Source: Candidatus Babeliales bacterium (GTDB taxonomy: Bacteria > Babelota > Babeliae > Babelales > Vermiphilaceae). From it: a stretch of 22,117 nt of DNA. A program made the position numbers and the translations under genes. The first letter of the stretch is position 1. The number at the start of each line of letters is the position of its first letter. The notes beneath the pieces were generated by a model. That model was not told where the DNA came from and did no database searches. It saw nothing but the letters and a program-made list of their open reading frames with translations. The stretch lies in the NCBI GenBank assembly GCA_044451405.1, contig JBIOKB010000018.1:1-22117 (forward strand). The letters are read 5' to 3'. Below are positions 17,310 through 22,117 of this stretch, in pieces.

Positions 17310-19364
17310 GTGAAACGAACATTCTTTTCTTGGTTAGGGCTGGTTGGCCTTATAACGGTAGTACTACCATGTCATGCACAGAATAAAGAAGTTGAATCGC
17401 TCTATCATAAGGTGGAACGATTTTCGTTGGCCCAGCTTGAATGGGAAGATGAAGATTGGTCTGAAACAACGTATTATGAATATCTTAAACGCTGCCTTGC
17501 CTATCAACGTAATCCCCAAGAATTTAAAAAGCGCCGCTCAGCATTTAGGCTTTTATGCTCGTTAGAAGCAACACGTGATCACATACCAAGTACGGTGCTT
17601 GCTGATACTACCACATGGACCGATCTCAATCTTTTTTCCGGTGATCGTGATCCTGCAGCGTGCCTTGTTGATAAGATTAATCGCAGTCATACCCAATTAG
17701 GACGTGCGCTGCTCTGTTGTATGTTGGCGCAACCAAATACTAAGATTACTGAATTGCAAAAGCGCCAACAGATTATTCAGGAACTTATTAATAATCCATC
17801 ACTGTGTGATGCGCTTGATGCAGCGTTAGAGCGGAGTGCGCGCACAGAAAATTATATGCTTTCTTTTTGGCTGCAGGATCAACTTGGACAAGCGGCAAAG
17901 CGCCACTATTTTAATGTTGCTGGATTTGAGTCATTTAATAATCTGCTTAATAAAAATGAAGCAGCGCTTGGTGTTGGTATGCTCTGGGAATACAACTTAT
18001 TGCTGACCAATGCATGTACCTGTGCTCTTGCTGCTGTTGTGTTACCCGTATATGCGTTATCACGTGCTTTAGATAAAAAGTTGCCAGAACGGGTAGAGAA
18101 ATTTGGTGAAAAGCTACGTCGCGGTGGTGCTATAACCGCGTTGACTGCGTATGTATTATCCCGTGTCGGGAGCCTTAAAGTTATCCGTGCTGGTGAAAAT
18201 GGTGAGATTATGGGCGACGGGTTATTGTATGGTATGGGTATTAAAAGTAACTTTGAATGGGTGCGTGATAACATCATGCTCGATGTATTATTGCAGGAGA
18301 AATTAATTGATGTTGCTGCCTATATTGAAGCGCTCCATGATATTGAAGCTATCGTGCGTACATCAGATACGTTAACACACGCATTATCGTTAGTTGGCGA
18401 TTTACACCATGTAGTGCATGAGTTGCCGCAGCAGTCAGAAGACGTCGCACAGCTTTTTGAGTTGTTAAAAACTGATACATTTACGGGTACCGCATCACTT
18501 GTTGCACATAAAGGACGTGTGCTTGCAGCGTATCGGTTAGTGCCCATGGTAAAAGATAAACTTGCACCAGCGTTTGCGGCGCTTGCTGAACTTGATGTGT
18601 ATGTGGGTATTGCAAAGTTAATGAAGGAATTTCAGCATAAGCGAGTTTCCTATAGCTTTGCCAACTTTAAGCAGAATGCTACACCTTACATTTCCTTAAA
18701 AGATTTTTGGAATCCGTTTGTTGATGTAGCAAAAGTAGTGCCGAATACCATCATACTTGATGGCAGTAATAATCAGGCAAATGGTATTTTAACGGGCCCT
18801 AATGCGGGCGGGAAATCAACGATTCTTAAAGCAATAGCCCTCAACCTTATTTTGGGGCAAACCTTTGGCGTGTGTCCAGCAGCTGCAGCAACCATTACAC
18901 CCTTTAGTTCTATTGCTACCTATTTAAATATTGCTGATGATATTGCAAGCGGTAATTCACTCTTTAAAGCAGAGGTGCTGCGTGCACAGGCGCTGGTAAA
19001 AAAAGTGGAAAGTCTGCAAGATGGAGAATTTAGTTTTGTTGCTATTGATGAGATGTTTAGTGGCACCTCGCCGCATGAAGGGCGCGCTGCTGCGTATAGC
19101 GTTGCAAAACATTTAGGCAAATTTAAAAATAATATGAGCATCATCGCAACCCACTTCCCCCTCTTAACTAACCTTGCCAACGATACGTCCTACTTTACGA
19201 ACTACAAAGTAACGGTACACGTAGCTCCCGATGGCACTATAACCTATCCGTTTAAACTCGAGCAGGGGATATCTAACCAGCACGTGGCTATTGATATCTT
19301 AAAAGCTGAAGGGTTTGATAATCAGATATTAACTGATGCCTTGAATCTGATAAGGAATGGGTAA
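17310..19364 (+). CDS. MutS-related ATPase (domains III and V; lacks the mismatch-recognition domain)
   Basis: TQLGRALL...P, RQQII, LAELD, Walker A TGPNAGGKST, SLFKAE, Walker B IDEMFSGT, IATHF, FKLEQGIS; GTG start. Confidence 0.9.
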   Translation: MKRTFFSWLGLVGLITVVLPCHAQNKEVESLYHKVERFSLAQLEWEDEDWSETTYYEYLKRCLAYQRNPQEFKKRRSAFRLLCSLEATRDHIPSTVLADTTTWTDLNLFSGDRDPAACLVDKINRSHTQLGRALLCCMLAQPNTKITELQKRQQIIQELINNPSLCDALDAALERSARTENYMLSFWLQDQLGQAAKRHYFNVAGFESFNNLLNKNEAALGVGMLWEYNLLLTNACTCALAAVVLPVYALSRALDKKLPERVEKFGEKLRRGGAITALTAYVLSRVGSLKVIRAGENGEIMGDGLLYGMGIKSNFEWVRDNIMLDVLLQEKLIDVAAYIEALHDIEAIVRTSDTLTHALSLVGDLHHVVHELPQQSEDVAQLFELLKTDTFTGTASLVAHKGRVLAAYRLVPMVKDKLAPAFAALAELDVYVGIAKLMKEFQHKRVSYSFANFKQNATPYISLKDFWNPFVDVAKVVPNTIILDGSNNQANGILTGPNAGGKSTILKAIALNLILGQTFGVCPAAAATITPFSSIATYLNIADDIASGNSLFKAEVLRAQALVKKVESLQDGEFSFVAIDEMFSGTSPHEGRAAAYSVAKHLGKFKNNMSIIATHFPLLTNLANDTSYFTNYKVTVHVAPDGTITYPFKLEQGISNQHVAIDILKAEGFDNQILTDALNLIRNG

Positions 19365-19389
19365 AGAAAAACACCCCCTATTTCTATTA

Positions 19390-19419
19390 TTGACAAATAG
19401 AATAAAAATAAGGTAGATT
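19390..19419 (+). promoter_or_regulatory. Putative sigma70 promoter of a small RNA
   Basis: TTGACA-18 bp-TAGATT. Confidence 0.6.
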
Positions 19420-19425
19420 AAGAGT

Positions 19426-19509
19426 AAAATAAGGTACAAATTATGCAACAGGAATGAGCATGAGACCTCCATTAGGGGAAGCTCCGCAAAAACGGGGCTT
19501 TCTTTGTTT
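19426..19509 (+). ncRNA. Candidate small RNA or attenuated leader, about 85 nt
   Basis: Bounded by a consensus-like promoter and an intrinsic terminator, with no substantial ORF; ends approximate. Confidence 0.4.
19479..19509 (+). terminator. Intrinsic terminator
   Basis: AAGCTCCG-caaaaa-CGGGGCTT followed by TCTTTGTTT. Confidence 0.7.
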
Positions 19510-19532
19510 CCGATCCAAATAATCAAAAACTA

Positions 19533-19562
19533 TTGCATTAAGAATAACCCTTTCAGTACAGT
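19533..19562 (+). promoter_or_regulatory. Putative promoter of the histone-like gene
   Basis: TTGCAT-18 bp-TACAGT. Confidence 0.4.
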
Positions 19563-19704
19563 GGCCTGTAGAGTATTACAACGCGGGAGCAGAAGGGGAG
19601 TGGGGTGAGCAATACAACAACGTAGTGGACGCTATGCAAAATGGAGGTTCCCGCGTTTTGATCCAGTAATAAAGCATGACATTTTTAAAAAAAGGAATGA
19701 TGCA

Positions 19705-20022
19705 ATGGCTGCAAAAAAAGCACGAAGAAAAACAAGCCCCAAAGCTCAAAAAACCGTAAAGCGTGTTATGGAAGAATTTAAAGAAGGTGAGCTTGAAAGT
19801 GGCAAAGCAGGTAAAAAAGTAAAAAGCAGAAAACAAGCTGTTGCTATCGGACTTTCAGAAGCACGTAAAAAGGGTGAAAAAGTTGCCCCTAAGCGTAAAG
19901 CAAAAAAGAAATCTGCTAAAAAAACAGTGAAACGTAAAACTACAAAGCGTAAAACAGCAAAACGCAAAGCAGCTCCAAAACGTGCTGCAAAGCGTAGAAC
20001 AGCTAAACGCGCAAAAGCATAA
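19705..20022 (+). CDS. DUF6496-like domain fused to a histone H1-like Lys/Arg/Ala tail
   Basis: VMEEFKEGELESG...KVKSRKQAVAIGLSEARKKG core; 45 of 105 residues are Lys or Arg; pentapeptide repeats TVKRK/TTKRK/TAKRK; SD AAGGA. Confidence 0.88.
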   Translation: MAAKKARRKTSPKAQKTVKRVMEEFKEGELESGKAGKKVKSRKQAVAIGLSEARKKGEKVAPKRKAKKKSAKKTVKRKTTKRKTAKRKAAPKRAAKRRTAKRAKA

Positions 20023-20042
20023 CGGTAAATTCAGCGATATAC

Positions 20043-20072
20043 AAAAGAGCTTGGTGCATGCCAAGCTCTTTT
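20043..20072. terminator. Intrinsic terminator
   Basis: AAAAGAGCTTGG-tgcatg-CCAAGCTCTTTT. Confidence 0.85.
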
Positions 20073-20095
20073 CATTTCTAAGTAAAAAAACCATG

Positions 20096-20124
20096 TTGAC
20101 TAATCCCCTGCAAATAAGTAGGAT
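20096..20124 (+). promoter_or_regulatory. Putative sigma70 promoter
   Basis: TTGACT-17 bp-TAGGAT. Confidence 0.55.
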
Positions 20125-20176
20125 GAGCCCCATCATTTAAGATATATGTTCACTACTATTTAAAGGGATTAATGTC

Positions 20177-20794
20177 ATGAAAACAATGACTCGTTTTTCT
20201 ATCACCGCATTGTGTGCACTAACTACCGCAGGTCTTATGGCTGAAGCGGCAAAAACAACAGCATCTACAACAACAACTCCTACACCTACCACTTCGGCAA
20301 GCAAAACGTCAGTAGGTCAGCCATGCACGTCATTATACGTTAATGGAAATGATCTTATGACTGGTACCAAGAAGGCAAAAGAAGAAAATAATAAGTTAGT
20401 TGAAAAGCAAAAAAAGTTAACGGCTGATGTGCAAAAAATTGCCAACGAACTTAAAGGTAAGATGGATGAGTTGGATGGTAAGAAATCAACGTTGAGCCAA
20501 TCAGCAATGGAAAAGCTACAAAATGAGATTCTTGCATTGCGTGGTAAATATGAAAGCACGCTACAAACGGCTGACAATCAATTGAAATTGGAAGTACAAC
20601 GTGCAACGGAAATGTTATCAGCTGATGCTGAAGCTGCAGGAAGACAACTTGCTGAAGCAGCTAAAGTTGATGCAGTAGTTGATGCTATATCTGGTCGTCC
20701 TATCTATCTTTCTGAAAAAGTTAAGAACAATACGCAAGAATTAATGAAGATTATGGACAAGAATTACGATACTAAAAAAACCAAGACAGCATAA
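20177..20794 (+). CDS. OmpH/Skp-family periplasmic chaperone-like protein
   Basis: Signal peptide, YVN strand, long coiled coil with LSQSA kink, C-terminal VDAVVD...IY...NTQELMK pattern typical of Skp. Confidence 0.7.
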   Translation: MKTMTRFSITALCALTTAGLMAEAAKTTASTTTTPTPTTSASKTSVGQPCTSLYVNGNDLMTGTKKAKEENNKLVEKQKKLTADVQKIANELKGKMDELDGKKSTLSQSAMEKLQNEILALRGKYESTLQTADNQLKLEVQRATEMLSADAEAAGRQLAEAAKVDAVVDAISGRPIYLSEKVKNNTQELMKIMDKNYDTKKTKTA

Positions 20795-20812
20795 GCGTAT
20801 AAAAAATACGGC

Positions 20813-20850
20813 AGCCCGTCATTTCATTTTAGAAATGACGGGCTTTTTTT
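20813..20850 (+). terminator. Strong intrinsic terminator
   Basis: AGCCCGTCATTTC-atttta-GAAATGACGGGCT followed by T-run. Confidence 0.9.
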
Positions 20851-20864
20851 ACTACAGGTTTTTT

Positions 20865-21404
20865 ATGACCCAAAAAATATATCACATTAAAGCAGTTATT
20901 GGCTTAGGTAATCCAGGACCCAAATTTCATATGACGCGTCATAACATCGGTTTTTTAGTGCTTGATGCGCTTTGTGACCGTTACCATGGCAACTGGCAAG
21001 CGCGCGAGAATATGGAACAAGCTTCTATTACTCTTGATAATCACCCACTTATTCTTATAAAACCACAAACGTTTATGAATACATCAGGTGCTGTTATTCC
21101 TTTTTTAACAAAGCAGGGAATAAAGCCAGAAAATATTCTGGTAATACATGACGAACTAGAATTACCTTTTGGTAAAATGCGCATAAAACATGGTGGCAGC
21201 GCGCGTGGCCATAATGGATTACGTTCTATTATTGAACGTTGTGGTGCCGATTTTCCCCGCCTTTCATTTGGTATTGGTCGTCCTGAACAGAAGGAAATGG
21301 TGGGCGATTATGTACTGCAGAATTTTAGTGAAAAGAAAATGGAGCTTGAAGATAAGATTAATGCTGCAGTGAGTATGATAGAAGATGTGGTGAGGGGCTC
21401 TTAA
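20865..21404 (+). CDS. pth: Peptidyl-tRNA hydrolase
   Basis: GLGNPG, TRHNIGF, KPQTFMNTSG, VIHDELELPFG, GHNGLRSI, GIGRP; ATG 20865 follows AGGT. Confidence 0.97.
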   Translation: MTQKIYHIKAVIGLGNPGPKFHMTRHNIGFLVLDALCDRYHGNWQARENMEQASITLDNHPLILIKPQTFMNTSGAVIPFLTKQGIKPENILVIHDELELPFGKMRIKHGGSARGHNGLRSIIERCGADFPRLSFGIGRPEQKEMVGDYVLQNFSEKKMELEDKINAAVSMIEDVVRGS

Positions 21405-22117
21405 TCTAGTGTAACGTCAAATGTCCAGTGTGCTTTTTTGCACAATGGCTCACGTAATACATGATCACCCGGCCCATATTTACCGAGTGCATTAAACAGT
21501 GACTCACATCGTTGGGTGCGCGGAATATCAGGATGACTTAACGCCATGTGCATGCACTGAGTAAAATCAGGCGTCATGCTCAATGCATACAGTGCATTGT
21601 TGCACGCGTTATCTCCTGCGTTGCATCGAATGTGGCCAGATAGATATATGGTGTGCGTAGTTTGTTTATTGTTCATATCAGGGGTAATTTTTTCGTACGT
21701 TTTTGTGCATGATGATGTTGGAAATCCAAGTGAGGTTACATCATGGTTAGCGGTAATGATTCCTGCATTGTCTGGATAGGTACCAGTAAATGATGCGGTG
21801 AATTTTCCTGCAAGTGGTTTTGGATAATCTTGCGTGGTATCTTGCTTGAACGATTTATACGCTGCGCGTATCTTTTTAGAAACTTTGAACTGACGATTGT
21901 TAGATGTTTCTTTTTCGCTAGCAGTTTTATTATCTACTTTCTTAGCGTGATTTGTCTTTTTCGATCCTGTGTATGCAAGTACCATTCCTGTGGTAACAAT
22001 GCCGGCATAGGGCGCTGGGCGTCGGTACCACGGTTTGCTAATGGCGCGAGAAAGGCGGGCTATGGTGGTTATAGAACCACATAACGGCATCGCACTGATT
22101 AAACTAAGTATAAATAC
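21401..22117 (-). CDS. Hypothetical protein, probably 5'-truncated by the window end
   Basis: Frame open to the window edge (VFILSLISAMPLC..., signal-peptide-like); one hydrophobic segment; Cys-rich C-terminal half. Confidence 0.7.
   Translation of the reverse strand, partial: VFILSLISAMPLCGSITTIARLSRAISKPWYRRPAPYAGIVTTGMVLAYTGSKKTNHAKKVDNKTASEKETSNNRQFKVSKKIRAAYKSFKQDTTQDYPKPLAGKFTASFTGTYPDNAGIITANHDVTSLGFPTSSCTKTYEKITPDMNNKQTTHTIYLSGHIRCNAGDNACNNALYALSMTPDFTQCMHMALSHPDIPRTQRCESLFNALGKYGPGDHVLREPLCKKAHWTFDVTLD

Noticed and set aside
15541-19473. Genomic island integrated at the tmRNA 3' end
   Set aside because: No integrase, and only a 6-bp CCTCCA match downstream, too short for an att duplication.
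19329-19526. Minus-strand hydrophobic 65-aa ORF as a type I toxin antisense to the sRNA
   Set aside because: The hydrophobicity follows from reading an A-rich promoter in reverse; no convincing SD or promoter, and it overlaps the MutS-like stop. Not fully excluded.
19576-20136. Minus-strand Phe/Leu/Cys-rich ORFs
   Set aside because: Antisense shadows of the Lys-rich histone-like gene.
649-21404. Clustering of RNA and translation quality-control genes (orn, rho, tsaD, smpB, ssrA, pth)
   Set aside because: Not co-transcribed and interspersed with unrelated genes; expected density in a small genome.

Overview
AT-rich bacterial chromosomal window. The mix of housekeeping genes, many signal-peptide orphan proteins and a stand-alone MutS domain V protein suggests a host-associated organism, possibly Dependentiae/Babelota (TM6); this is inference only. 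Recognisable genes are orn, priA, polA, rpmA, secF, rho, tsaD, a DUF2062-like membrane protein, smpB, tmRNA (ssrA), an FAD-dependent oxidoreductase, a MutS domain V ATPase, a DUF6496/histone-like basic protein, an OmpH/Skp-like chaperone and pth. No integrase, transposase, CRISPR array, rRNA or tRNA was seen. The most notable observations are: (1) tsaD apparently starts at a non-canonical ATT codon with a good Shine-Dalgarno; (2) a promoter- and terminator-bounded small RNA upstream of the histone-like gene is complementary to that gene's structured leader; (3) a cluster of hairpins follows tmRNA; (4) the tmRNA tag ends in an unusual LAYC; (5) three small exported hydrophobic proteins lie in tandem, each with its own terminator; (6) Rho has a long disordered N-terminal extension with a Gln/Tyr-rich patch. 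Several start codons were moved from the ORF track on the basis of SD position and conserved N-termini.
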